Source of the DNA: Octopus sinensis | Lineage: Eukaryota | Length of the DNA: 50,277 bases | Assembly (NCBI RefSeq): GCF_006345805.1 | Contig: NW_021834499.1 | Coordinates: 1-50,277 of the forward strand | Direction: 5' to 3' | Shown here: positions 25,219-38,531 of the stretch, piece after piece | How the letters are laid out: every line of letters begins with the position of its first letter | How positions within the stretch are numbered: the first letter of the stretch is position 1 | Position numbers and translations under genes: made by a program | Notes under the pieces: model-generated | The model's database searches: none | Seen by the model: the letters and a program-made list of their open reading frames with translations, nothing else | Told to the model about the DNA's origin: nothing

Positions 25219-25304
25219 GAGGACGTAAACACAAAAACACCGCTTTGTCATAGAGTAATGGAAAATATACAAGTGTGAAGACACACACGCGCGCACGCAC
25301 ACAT

Positions 25305-25685
25305 TCAAATTCTTTTATACTTTTGTTTGTTGACTATGGCCATGCTGGAGCACCGCTATAAAGGATCTTAGTCGAAGAATTCAACCCCAGGACGTATTCT
25401 TTGAAACCATCGTACTTACACTATCTTTGTCCGAACCGCTAACCACACCAGCATCGGTTGTCAAGCGACGGGAGGGGGACGAACAAAGACACACACACAT
25501 ATAAATACATACACACATATATACATACACACGACGTGAATCTTTCAGTTTCCGCCTACCAGATTTACTCACCAGGCTTTGGTCGGCTACAGTAGAAAAC
25601 ACTTGCTCAAGGTGCCACTTGGTGAAATTGAACCCGGAACCATGTGGTTCGAAAGCAAACTTCTTACCACACAACCACGCCTGCA
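25305..25685 (-). mobile_element. SINE family A, diverged near-full copy
   Basis: ggccatgctggagcaccgc...tttccgcctaccagattt...aacccggaaccatgtgg...cttaccacac. Confidence 0.85.
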
Positions 25686-25777
25686 TCTATACACAAACAC
25701 ACACACATACACACACACACACACACACATACACACACACATATATATATGTATATGTACATATATATATGTATATA

Positions 25778-25813
<36 letters not shown>

Positions 25814-25853
25814 TGTATATGTATGTATGTGCATATATATACATAAATATACC

Positions 25854-25886
<33 letters not shown>

Positions 25887-26559
25887 ATATTAATATTAAT
25901 ATTAATATTATGGTAATTATTTCCGAGTCCACAGGGGAGAGAAGTTCAATTTAGTGGTATTAAAATGAATTACTCACTCTATTATATACATATATATAGA
26001 TAGGTTTAAGTGACAGAACTGAATGACATTATCTACAATAGGTACATATAGGACTAAATATTAAAATTATCAAATTTAATACCTTCAATTTTTATTTCAA
26101 ATCATATACTTTACCTCGCGCGTTTCATGACATATTCCTCGATATAGCTGAAATAGAATGTCTCTATATACAATACCATATTAAAACGATTATATTGTCA
26201 ATCTTCAGGTCTAGCATATATGAGCTTGTTTTGCTATTTACATCCTATAAAAGACATGACAAACTAAAATTATATAACAAGACGTTGTTGGAATAATTTT
26301 ACTTTAGTAAATAATGAACAGAAATGTGGAATAAATGTAGGAAAGAGAAATTTTAGTAAAAAGAAATGTTAACTTCTCTGTATGGTAATTTTCTCTCCAT
26401 GAATCAAACATGGCTACCAGCAATCGTATAATCCAACATTGAGACTACTTCTGTGGGCAGATAATTCTTATTAACATTTTATTCCTATTGTGGATAATGT
26501 CATTCAATTATAATGATCATATGTTGATACCATACATTATTTCACTCTCTCCACGAAAT

Positions 26560-26692
26560 AGACATTGCCTGAAAGTCGCAGAGCAGCGTGGGATGAAGTG
26601 TTTTGGTCAAGAACACAACGCACCACCCTGTCTAGGCATTGAAATCATGATCGCGATATTTTGAGTGCGACATCCTGACAACTACGCCATAT
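26560..26692 (-). mobile_element. tRNA-head SINE fragment (family C-like)
   Basis: Reverse complement reads atggcgtagttgtcaggatgtcgcactca...gggtggtgcgttgtgttcttg, resembling the head of 40690-40950. Confidence 0.55.
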
Positions 26693-26774
26693 ATATTAAT
26701 TGATTAGAACGATGAAACGATCCCGATTTAGGAAGTCAGTAAGCTTCAAGCATATATACAGGTAATGTAGATAG

Positions 26775-26905
26775 CAAAGCGGGGTCGATTAATAAAGTAC
26801 CAGTTACGCACTGGGGTCGATATAATAGACTTAATCCCTTTCTTTGGCATTGTTTGTCCCCTCCATGTTTAGTCCCTTGTGGGTATGGGCAATAAAGAAA
26901 TATAG
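26775..26905 (+). mobile_element. SINE family D, 3' half
   Basis: ggggtcgattaataaagtaccagttacgcactggggtcgatataatagacttaatcc...tttagtcccttgtggg...aataaagaaata. Confidence 0.85.
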
Positions 26906-27024
26906 TACCAGCTGTATATGTGTGTTTGTTCGTATATGCGCAGATGTGAGTGTGTGTGTCCGTGTATGCGCGTGCTGGCCTGCGCGTGTGTATTTATGTA
27001 TATGTATTTATATGTGTGTGTGTA

Positions 27025-27066
<42 letters not shown>

Positions 27067-29189
27067 TTGCGTACATCTGTATAATATCGTGTTCAAGTGT
27101 ATTTCGTGGCACTTATATAATAATATCCCTGCTGAAAGAAATCTAGCTTTCGTATATTTGGCAGGACGTTCTCAAAGGATATGAATGTCACTTATGATAT
27201 GTTTGTTCACGATTTACAGATTCTCTGCTGGAAATATATGCAGTGTTAAGATATCAGAAATCGTTAGCTAAAATAAAATCTTATTGAAAAATCTTATTAT
27301 ACAGGCCAATCGTTATCTGATTATCTAACTCAACATAGACTTGGTGAATTAATTAACTATATATATTATATTACCTCTAGGTTTGCTCTTAAACGACTTT
27401 GAGAGTTAAACCTCAAGAGGGAACGTATGGGTCTAACAACAGACGTGGTTTTGCGGTATTTTGCAACGAATCTCTACGCTCTAAATTACCACTGCTTCTG
27501 CTGATGTTTATTCCTCTGGGCTTGATAAAATAAGTCGATTCGACCGACCAGCCTCCCTTCCTATAAATGTGTGGCCTCATGCCAAATTAACGCTACCATT
27601 ATGAATTTTCTAAACACTAGCAAACACACATATATTTACAGAAGAAGTCGTTTCTCTTCTTATGACGACGAAAGATTTATTTAAAGTTATGTTAGAGTCC
27701 CAGACACAAAACTTCTACATATCACAAAATTAAATAATGATATAACAACAAGTTTTCTTTCAATAAATTTACTCTATCTTTATTGCTGTTAATTTTCTAG
27801 GCACTGATCTACAGACTGAATAATGATAATTTCAGCCCATGCCGCAAACCAAATGAGAAATTAGGACACACACGTTGGCAATCGGAACACTCCGGGCTTG
27901 TGGAATTTTGCTAACAACATTAATAAACGAATGTCATCGATATATTCTGATGAAAATACTTTTAAGGCAAAGTGACACCTGTGTTTTACAACCAGGCACT
28001 AAGTAACAGTCGGTACTCCAAACATATTAGATTCATAAAAACAATAACAAAGCACGTCGTAAGAATGAAAAGGAAAAGATGAACATTATATGGGACACTC
28101 CAGTATTTATTTTAACTCTGAGATCTAACATAGCGAGGGAATTAATTCCACAAATTACGATTTTCCACCAGGATTTAAGAATTGTAATATATTAAATAGG
28201 AAACATGTTCAGGTTAGGTCTTTAGTTTGTAAGAATTACGATTTATATATCAACGATTATGATGTTGTAAAGCTGAATGAAAGAGATAAACAGCTGGACA
28301 ACAGCAATCATGCAGTTTCAGAATTCATGAGAATTGCGAGCTTAAAGTGGAAATTACCAGCCGAGGTGAACATAAAACATATAATGGGGCAATTGAATTA
28401 ACATTTAAAACTCGATTACATAAACATTCATTTGTAAGACGTCATAAGAAATGTGCTACGTGGTTGATAAGTCACAACCATACAGACAGGTTACACTAGC
28501 TTCACATAAGAAAAAATGGGTAATATATTTGATTGATTGAAAAATCAAGAATTTTCAAGGCAGTAACTATCTCAATAAAAAACAGAAACGGAGTTGTTAG
28601 CACCTTGTTTTTACAGAACTAATTATCGTTTGTAAAAGTGCCAGCCTACTTGAATTTCGACCGAGTTTTCAAGTATTGTAGTTTCTAATTGCTTTTAAAA
28701 TAAAATTCATAACTGTCATAACTACAACAGAATTTCATAACTAGGATTATAAAAGTGACCTCAATTTCATGAGTTTTCAGAAGTTTCAGACATTCGGAGT
28801 ATTACCACGAAACCTGAAATGAAATAAAAGACCTGAGGTTGAAACGGCTGTTTCTGCAAATATTCTGCTCGCATGATGTGTTTAAAGCATTAAGGCGGAA
28901 TATAGACTATATGATATAGGTTATATGATACGTTGTATATAATACTTCAAACGTATTCGGAAACAGATATTTCCAGAAAAACAGGGTCGGTTTACCAACT
29001 GAATCTCCAGAAAACGTGAATTAGAATTATGAGTTTTCAATAATGTATTAAAGAATACTCTCCGCTCATATATTGAGTTCTGATATTAACCGCTACTCGA
29101 TATATAAATAGAAATCCATGCACACACATACACATACACACACACGCGCGCGCATAAATACAAACACACAATCATACATACATACACAC

Positions 29190-29470
29190 ATAGAAAGAAG
29201 AAGGAGGAGAAGAAGAAGAAGAAGAAGAAGAAGAAGAAGAAGAAGAAGAAGAAGAAAAGAAGAAAAAGAAGAAGAAGAAGGAGGAGAAGAAGAAGAAGAA
29301 GAAAGAGAAGGAGAAGAACAATAAGAAAAGAAGACGAATGAGTAGAAAAGAAGACGAAGAAATGGAAGAAAAAGTAGTAGTAGTAGTAGTAGTAGTAGTA
29401 GAAAAAGAAGAGGTAGAAGAAGAAAGAGGAGGAGAAGTAGTAGGAGAAGGAGGAGAGGGAGAAGGAGAAG
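29190..29470. repeat. (GAA)n/(GTA)n purine-rich microsatellite
   Basis: Directly visible. Confidence 0.95.
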
Positions 29471-29842
29471 GAGTGCAAATGCTTTCTCGAGCGCTTTTCA
29501 TTTCTGTGGAAGTTCGAAGAATGCCTTCTGCTATAGAACTCTTCCGCTGTTTATTTAATTGGCAAAGAATTTACTGTATATTTACCAATTAGAGAAGAAA
29601 GTATGTGGGCAAGAAATATATCTTTACAGAGGATTCCTTTGTAGTGAGAATATCAAAGGTATATTTGTTACAAGTGTCCCTTGCCAAAAAATGGCGGAAC
29701 GACGAAAACTACTGCAGTGTTTGGGTGGTTGAATAATGACTAAATACGGAATGATGAAAAGAAGAAACAAATATTTTATTGATAAAGGGTCATACGGAAA
29801 ATATTAGAAATAATAATAATAATAATAATAACAATAACAATA

Positions 29843-29873
<31 letters not shown>

Positions 29874-29876
29874 TGA

Positions 29877-29910
<34 letters not shown>

Positions 29911-30502
29911 GGTGATGATGATGATTATGATGATGATGATAATGAGCCACAAAAATTTAATTTCAAAATGAAACACACCAGAATGAGATACGGAGGTTTA
30001 AAAGAAATGTTCGAAAAAAAGGATGTAGAATTCTTTTCATGTGACGTATGGATCTGAATAGAGGCAACTATAGAGTCGTAAAGAAGACGAAAGATGTACA
30101 TGTATATATATACATACATGCACACATGCACACTGCAAACCCACATACATATGTGTGTGTGTATGTATGTATGTCTATATATATATATATATACAAATAC
30201 GTATACAAATATATAAAAATATACGTGAATAAATATATACACAAATTTATATATATGTATAAATTCAAATATACATGCACATATACATATGCATATATAT
30301 ATATGCATATACATATATCTCTCTCTCACTCTATCTATCTATCTATATATGCATAAAACAAACATATCTATGTGCAGTGGTGTAGATGAGTGCATGTGTG
30401 TCTAAGAATATATATTTTGGCAGAGAAAATTTAAGTTGTAAATAAAGAACAATTTCAAATTGTCTATGATAAATGCTTCTCATATATATACATAATATTA
30501 TA

Positions 30503-30562
<60 letters not shown>

Positions 30563-30945
30563 TATATATATAAACCAATGGCGGTGCCCCAGCATGGCCA
30601 CAGCTTGTGAGCTGAAACTAGATGAAAATAAAAAATAAATATATGTCCACACATACATAAATGTATACTTACGCATATATACATTTATACATATAGAAAT
30701 AGGTATATATATATATATGTGAGTGTGTGTGTGTGTTTGTATTCATATACATGCCTTCGCAAATATATATATCTGCATACATATATTCATATATACACCA
30801 CACAGAGATTGATGTATTATATAAGTACATATATGTATCCACACAGACACACACACACAGATATATATATATATCTGTGTGTGTGAAAGTATCCATATAT
30901 ATGTGTGTGTGTGTGCGGTTATGTATGTATAGATAAATAGATAGG

Positions 30946-31013
<68 letters not shown>

Positions 31014-31391
31014 CAGACAGATCTGTCCCCAATTGTATGTAGCAATTGTCAAACAGAAGATGAATTTATTTCTTGAAATTTCTATATTTGTAGCAAAAAT
31101 TATTATATTGTTTCATGCTTTGCATGAAAAAAATAATAAATTGTTCCCCGCAAAAATGTTTTACTTTCAGAGTGGAAAAATCATATATTTATATTTTGTA
31201 CATGTTTTACGAAACGTGACTCGACCCATTTTCTACATTACCGTCATACATCGATTCTCAATAAATCAAAATTTCCGAGTCAACCGGAAATTTTCAAACT
31301 TCATATTTCAGGTATTATTAAAAGTAGGCATGAACTGTTCCTTTGACTAATACGTATATCGATACATTAATACATGCATATACATACAAAC

Positions 31392-31449
<58 letters not shown>

Positions 31450-31450
<1 letters not shown>

Positions 31451-31640
31451 GTTTCTTTAGTCTCTTTCGCTCTCTCTTTCTCTCTCTCTCTCTGTTTATT
31501 TCCTCGTGTTCCTTTCTCTTGAAGAGCGTAGGTTCGAAACGTATAAAACTTCCTCATCGTCCCGAGCGTCAGTCTAATACTCCTGCTTGTTGTTTATACC
31601 CCTGTCTTCGTCTTTTGCTTTTCTGTAAATTTCAATATAT
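31450..31640 (+). mobile_element. Penelope-like terminal-repeat fragment, second copy of the 8760 family, flanked by TA runs
   Basis: ttcctttCTCTTGAA-GAGC gtag GTTC-GAAACGTA...cccgagcgtcagtctaatac matches 8811-8885. Confidence 0.55.
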
Positions 31641-32277
31641 ATATTTATCATATACCAACACGTACAAGACATTGAAAATCCCTTCGAGGATAGGCTAAAT
31701 AATTACGGTTGATCTTTTAACAATGAGGGGAGTTGAAATACGACAACAGTAAATAGGTGCATATAGCTGATAAAAGAGGCAACGCCGTATAATATATACG
31801 TTCTAGGCAGTGATGGAGAGGTCTATCTAAGAATTCACATAATCTGGGCTCTTTGATGAATTGAAAAATCGCAAATTTTGGATCCTCCTCTCATAAGCGC
31901 AACTTGGTTTGCTGACCTAGTCATGTCCGTTTTCGAATAAAGGAAAGTTAGACATACATACTTGCATGCATGCATACATACATACATACATACATATTGT
32001 TCTTTGTAGATAAACAAAGAAAAAAACTTTAAATTTTTAACAGTTACTAATGGCATTCAATTAGAATAACTTTTCTTTCGATGTCTTTCACTGTTTCATT
32101 TCACTTCTAGCAAACAGCAAACGAAAACATGCGATCTTTAGAGACAAAAAAATGACAGAGCCGCAGGCATGACCGATTAGCATGTCAGAAAATTCATCAA
32201 TTTTGTCATGTGCAAAGGTTTTGTGCGAAACCGACGGTAATCTTCTGCATTACTGTATTCTAAAAGCACTAATATAT

Positions 32278-32337
32278 TGATTGGTCCCGCCATTCCCCAC
32301 GTCACACAAGAAATCCAGCATGTATATATTATAAATA
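32278..32337 (+). promoter_or_regulatory. Possible Pol II promoter-like motif cluster (CCAAT, GC-box-like, CRE/E-box-like, TATA)
   Basis: tgattgg 32278-84, cccgcc 32286-91, ccacgtca 32297-304, tataaata 32330-37 in non-repetitive sequence; motif match only. Confidence 0.3.
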
Positions 32338-32709
32338 TGTGCTTGCAGAACAAAAATGTGAAAAAAAAAAAAATGTGCCATTTCGGAAAATGTCGTTCTT
32401 CAGAATAGCGTTTAAAAATGAAAGTGAGAAAGAAAAGAAGGAAAACTGAAAAAGAAACAGAAGGAAAAGTGAAAAAAGTACCATCCAGGCGAAAATGCTG
32501 CGTGGTTTCCAAAATGGCTGTATTTATAATATAATCAAACCCTAACATAATCACATTACCACATTTCCTGTTCGTATTTTTATAATTTCACAAAAATATC
32601 CTTTACAATATGTAAATAGTTGAAAATCCGGCTCTGTTGGAAATAATAGAATAATATATTTATCTATGCAGGATTTTAAAACTTTGAACTATACATGTGT
32701 GTTTGTGTT

Positions 32710-32750
<41 letters not shown>

Positions 32751-33576
32751 ATGTGTGTATGTGTGTGTGTGCATGTGTGTGTATGTGTGCATGCGTGTGT
32801 GTGCATGTGTGTGTGTGTGTGTGTGCATGTGTGTGGTCAGCAATTAGAAACACCATTTTAAATACATTATTCACAAGCTTTAATTAAAATTTGGGTATTA
32901 TTAGCTGGAACCATGACACCAACGGAAATGCTTTCTTTTTATGATACCTTTTTCCTTGTTTTTTTCTTTTGTACTGAAGAGCAGGCCCTTCCTAGAGCAT
33001 TACAATCTTTTGAATGAAGGCAGTAAAATAATAATTTTTTCCAGGATGATGGCGCTCCTACGTTGAATATGAGGAGTTCCAATGTTAGACCTTATCACTG
33101 AAATTTATATTCGAATTTTTTCTACTTTATTGGCTGATTTTGATTCATATATTTTTAATGCGTATACGAAATATTTGTACGTATAACAGTATCACACACG
33201 CAATTCACACACAAACATATTTACAAATACAGACACCTACACACAAATACATACGCACATGTTTGTATATATTTCATGCGGCGGGGTCGATTGAAGGGCG
33301 AAGGAGAAATAAACAAATATGACCCAGGCATATCGATTATATATTTCTTTTTGTGCGTGTGTGGTAACTATAGAGAAGATTGGAGAGAAACATATGTGAG
33401 AAAGGAGAGAAGGTGAGAGGGTGTTGAGAGGGCAATGTGGAGCAAGCATGAGAGAGGGAGGGCGAGAGAGAAAATGAGAGAAACAACTAGAATAGAATGG
33501 CAAGAGAGGAAAAGTGAGAGACAGCACAAATACACACACACACATATATATACATATATATGCGCATATAATACAT

Positions 33577-33628
<52 letters not shown>

Positions 33629-33694
33629 GCATATATAAATATATGTATGTAGATACATGCATATATATATATGTATATATATATCTATATATAC

Positions 33695-33725
<31 letters not shown>

Positions 33726-34974
33726 TATGGACATATATACGCAGATACAAAGATACAGAAAAAGAAAGAGAAACAGGGTGAGCAAGAGGGAGTGAGAAGA
33801 GAAAGAAGAGGAGGAGAGAAGGAGAGAAAGAGAGAGTGAAAAAGTGAGACTGACGTGAGAAGTAGGATGATGGGACTGTTAAGTCGAGTGACCGTGTTTG
33901 GTCAAATATTAAACGAATCGATAATTCCGTGATTGGTCAATGGTTATGGTGTGTCAGCTTTGGAAGGACAAATGAAGGGGAAGGGGAGGAAAACGGTGCA
34001 AATGAATGCAGTGTTAGGTTGGACTGTTAGAGAGACAGGAGTGGTGGTGGGGTGGTGGTGGTGGGGTGGGGGGTGGAGGTGATGGTGGTTGGTGGTGATA
34101 GAAACAGAGGGAAAGAGGAACCACGGAAGGAGATGGAAAGAGAGGGAGAGTGTGAAAGAAGAGTAGGGAGGGATGTGGGAGAGAGTGAAGAGCCAATGAG
34201 AGACAGAGAAGGGGAAATGAAGAGAGAGAGAGAGGGCAATAAACAGCAAGAGTTAAATTTTGAGTGTATGATTGTATGAGTAAAAGGTTTTCAATCTCTC
34301 ATATAATTTGTACGTATGTATATATATATATATATGTATGTATGTATATACACGTATATATACACATATACATATATATATACATACGTACACACATATA
34401 TATACGTGCATATATATAAATATATATGTATATAGATATATAGATATTTATATATATGTATGCATATACATATAAACATACATACATACATACATATATA
34501 CGTATACATATATATGCATATATATATATGTTATATATATTATTATATATATATATATATATTATATATATACATATATAATATAATATATTATGCATAG
34601 ATATAACATACATATATATATATATATATTATGATATTATATATATATATATATACATATACACATATAGATATGATTATGTATATATACATATGTGTGT
34701 ATATACATACACGTATAGACTATAGACGGCTAAGCACAATAAACTCATAATATATATATCTATTTATGCACACTCTTTTATATGCATGAATGTGTTGTGT
34801 GTGGCTGTAAACACAGTTAGATCGTAATAATATTTCTACCCAAAATAGATGTTTATGAGTTGTCTACTCTCCAGTATGCGAATGTATTTCTTATTAAATT
34901 ACTCTGGTACCATATACGTATTGTTATGGATACGCATTACATATGTATGATATATATATATATATATATAATAT

Positions 34975-35004
<30 letters not shown>

Positions 35005-35006
<2 letters not shown>

Positions 35007-35245
35007 TTCGTATACGTTCGCTGCTGTCTTCCAAGGAATCTCGTGCACTTTCCTTGGGGCTGGCCAGATTGGAGCAGTTTCGAGTATAGCTATCCGAGAC
35101 TGCAAAGATGATCTGGAACTCGACTGAGGAAACAAAACTCCGAATGACCTGTCTTTGTATTTTCTTGTTCCTTTTTGTGTCATCTAATTGTCTGGAGGAT
35201 TCGTTGTCGCCTGTTGCATTCTTGTTTCATTTTTTGTATTCTTCT
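35005..35245 (+). mobile_element. Solo fragment of a family related to the 782-bp tandem unit (opposite orientation), flanked by (TA)n
   Basis: Ungapped 47/73 identity (my count) to the unit's minus strand over the structured motif, plus shared cgaatg.cctgtc downstream and ttcgtat.c.ttcg upstream. Confidence 0.75.
35064..35130 (+). ncRNA. Diverged homolog of the permuted hammerhead-like motif (probably decayed)
   Basis: CCAGAUU-gga-GCAGU-U-UCGAGU-auagcuaucc-GAG-ACUGC-aaagau-GAUCUGG-a-ACUCGA-CUGAGGA; GAAA changed to GAGA. Confidence 0.45.
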
Positions 35246-35519
35246 TTATATATATATTATTTTATACTTTTAATCTTTTACTTGTTTCGAACATTTGAAT
35301 GCGGCCATGCAGGAGTACCACATTCACTCGCTTTGTTCTCCCCGAGGCTATAGTAGAAGAGAAGGGCCACGCAGTGGGACTGAACCCGGAACCATGTGGT
35401 TGGTAGACAAGCAACTTACCGCACAGCCACTCCTGCGCCTATATTCATATATATATGTTCATACATATATGCGTGCGTATGTCCGTATATATGTTTATAT
35501 ATATATATATATATATATA

Positions 35520-35809
35520 TTCTTTTCCTTTATTCTTTTATTTGTTTCAGTCATCATCTTACTGTGGCCATGCTAGAGCACCGCATTTAGTCCAACAATT
35601 CGATCCTAGGACTTATTCTTTGTAAGCCTAGTACTTATTCTGTCGGTGTCTTTTGCCGGAACGCTATGTTACGGGGAGATAAACTCACCAACATCGGTTA
35701 TAGGGCGATAGTGTGAGGACAAACACAGACTCACAATACATACATAGCGGATTTGGTAGACAGAAACTGAAAGAAACCTGTTGTATATATATATATATAA
35801 TATAATATA

Positions 35810-35844
<35 letters not shown>

Positions 35845-36000
35845 CGACGGGCATCTACAGTTTCTGTCTACCAAATCCGGTCACAAGATATGGATGGCTC
35901 AAGGTTATAGTAGAAGATACTTGCCCAAGATTCCAGGCAGTGGGACTGAACCTGGAACTATGTGGTTGGGTAGCAAGCTTCTTACCAAGGAGCCACTGCA
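35520..36000 (-). mobile_element. SINE family A copy with an inverted internal segment next to its (TA)n tract
   Basis: Tail 35520-35745, inverted piece 35748-35790, (TA)n, head half 35843-36000. Confidence 0.8.
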
Positions 36001-36249
36001 GCACCTATTACGTATGTACCTATCTGAACATAAATACTTGTATAATTTTACAAGTCTCACCGTTTGGAGACACTTCAGAAAATTTGATTTGTCCCCTGCA
36101 ACCAGCGTGAAACAGAGGTTCGGCAAATAGAGTCCGTTGAAATAACTACAAGAATAAAATGTATGGCCGCACATTTATTATTCACTCTAATCCCTAAAAG
36201 CTGGACTTTGCTATGAGGGCCTTTCAAATAAGAAATGAATTTAAAATCA

Positions 36250-36560
36250 CCCGGGTTCAGTCCCATTGCTTGATACCACGGGCAAATGTCTTCTACTATA
36301 GCCTGGAACCAACGAAAGCTTTGTGAGTGCATTTGGTAATAGGAAACTGAAACAGACTCGTCGTATATATGTGTGTGTGTGTGTTTGTCTACCGCCCCCT
36401 CACAAGCGGTGTTGGTACATTTGTGTCCCTGTGACAAAAGGCTTCGGTAAAAGTGACAGATAGAATAAGAATCAGTCTTTAAAAATAAAAAGTATTGGAG
36501 TCCAAGAGTTCAAGGCCGTGCCCTGGCATGGCCGCAGTCGGCTGACTGTAACAAGTATAT
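36250..36560 (+). mobile_element. SINE family A, diverged copy
   Basis: ccgggttcagtccc...gggcaaatgtcttctactatagcc...tttgtgagtg...gtgccctggcatggccgcagtc. Confidence 0.8.
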
Positions 36561-36639
36561 GATATTTATGTTTTGAAAGTTCGAAACAAAGCAGACAATT
36601 CATGCTCAACATATATTCTTTTCTACTCCAGGCACACAA

Positions 36640-37197
36640 GGCCCGAAAGCTTTTGGGGAGTGGTGTCAGTCGATTAGATCTACCCCCAATACGCAAATGG
36701 TGTTTCGTTTATGAACTCCGAAAGGATGACAGGCGAAGTCGACTTCGGCGGAATTTGAACGCAGAACGCGAAGACAGACGATATACCAATTTCTTTACTA
36801 CCCACAAGGGGTTAAACACAGAGGGGACAAACAAGGACAGACAAACATATTAAGTCGATTACATCGACTCCAGTGCGTAACTGGTACTTAATTTATCGAC
36901 CCCGAGAGGAGGAAAGGCAAGGTCGACATCGGCGGAATTTGAACTGAGAACGTGACGACAGACGAAATACGGCTTCACGTTGCGCCCGGCGTGCTAACGT
37001 TTCTTATTTCTTTATTGCCCACAAGAGGCTAAACATAGAGGGGACAAACAAGGACAGACAAACGGATTAAGTCGATCACAACGATTCCAGTGCGTAACTG
37101 GTACTTAATTTATCGACCCCGAAATGATGAAAGGAAAATCGACCTCAGCAGAATTTGAACTCACAACGGCATGCTAACGTTTCATCCAGCTCGCCAC
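36640..37197 (-). mobile_element. Three head-to-tail or nested SINE family D copies
   Basis: Copies at ~36640-36788, 36789-37005 and 37006-37197, each with ccgaaa.gatga...gtcgac....gcggaatttgaac; the latter two begin with the tail atttcttta...cccacaag. Confidence 0.88.
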
Positions 37198-37541
37198 TTT
37201 ACGTTCCACAGTTATTAAAAACACAATATTAACGTCTCATGTGCTCAAGTTTTATTTATCTTTCAGCAAGTAAAATGATTTAGAAAGACTACTTTTGAGA
37301 TATTTTTACACATTTATATTTCAAAAGTTCCCACGGAGTCCATTCTGCTGCATTCTGAGGGAAAAGTAATCTGTAAGTATTTATAATGTATACAAACGGG
37401 AATAGAATTTAGTCGGTCAGTCTAATTTGCATAATTGTGTGGGCGTTTGTTTTGTATACACGATAACGTCTAATAAAATAATGCGTGTATATACATATAT
37501 ACACGATGCATATCTTCATATAAACATATGAATGAATGTGC

Positions 37542-37600
<59 letters not shown>

Positions 37601-37684
37601 CACACATTTATATATCTATATCTATATCTATCTATCTATCTCTCTGTCTCTCTCATCTAATATATACACACATTTATATATATA

Positions 37685-37737
<53 letters not shown>

Positions 37738-37811
37738 CTATGTGTTTGAGTACTTGATGTATTTTTATATTATATATATACGTGATGTATTTTACATTCA
37801 TATATATATAT

Positions 37812-38200
37812 AGGCGCAGGAGTGGATGTGTGGTAAGTAGCTTGCTAACCAACCACATGGTTCCGGGTTCAGTCCCACTGCGTGGCATCTTTGGCAAGTG
37901 TCTTCTGCTATAGCCTCGGACCGACCAAAGCCTTGTGAGTGGATTTGGTAGACGGAAACTGAAAGAAGCCTGTCGTATATATATATATATATGTATGTTT
38001 GTGTGTCTGTGTTTGTCCCCCTAGCATTGCTTGACAACCGATGCTGGTGTGTTTACGTCCCCGTTACTTAGCGGTTCGGCAAGAGAGACCGATAGAATAA
38101 GTACTGGGCTTACAAAGAATAAGTCCCGGGGTCGATTTGCTCGACTAAAGGCGGTGCTCCAGCATGGCCGCAGTCAAATTACTGAAACAAGTAAAAGAGT
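37812..38200 (+). mobile_element. SINE family A, full-length young copy (reference copy)
   Basis: Head aggcgcaggagtggatgtgtggtaag (A-box-like), gggttcagtccc (B-box-like), internal (TA)/(TG) tract, tail ggcggtgctccagcatggccgcagtcaaattactgaaacaagtaaaagag; inserted in (TA)n. Confidence 0.95.
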
Positions 38201-38531
38201 ATATATACATATTTATATTTCACACACTTTTGTATCTAGAAATATATATATATATATATTATATATATATAATATATATATATATATATACATAATATGT
38301 ATGTGTGTGTGTACTTGATGTATTTTATATTTATATATATACGTGATGTATTTTACATTCATATATATATATACATATTTATATTTCACACACTTTTGTA
38401 TCTAGAAATATATATATATATATATAGTTATCCGTAATAATGAAGGGTGAAATTAATTAATTTGGAAAAATTATCAATTACACCAAGTAGTCTTCGGCAT
38501 GTAAAAGCCTCATTCGAGGAAAATTTAAGTA

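Noticed and set aside
31033-31350. 105-aa ORF
   Set aside because: Composition (F, I, K, N, Y) simply reflects AT-rich DNA; no motif.
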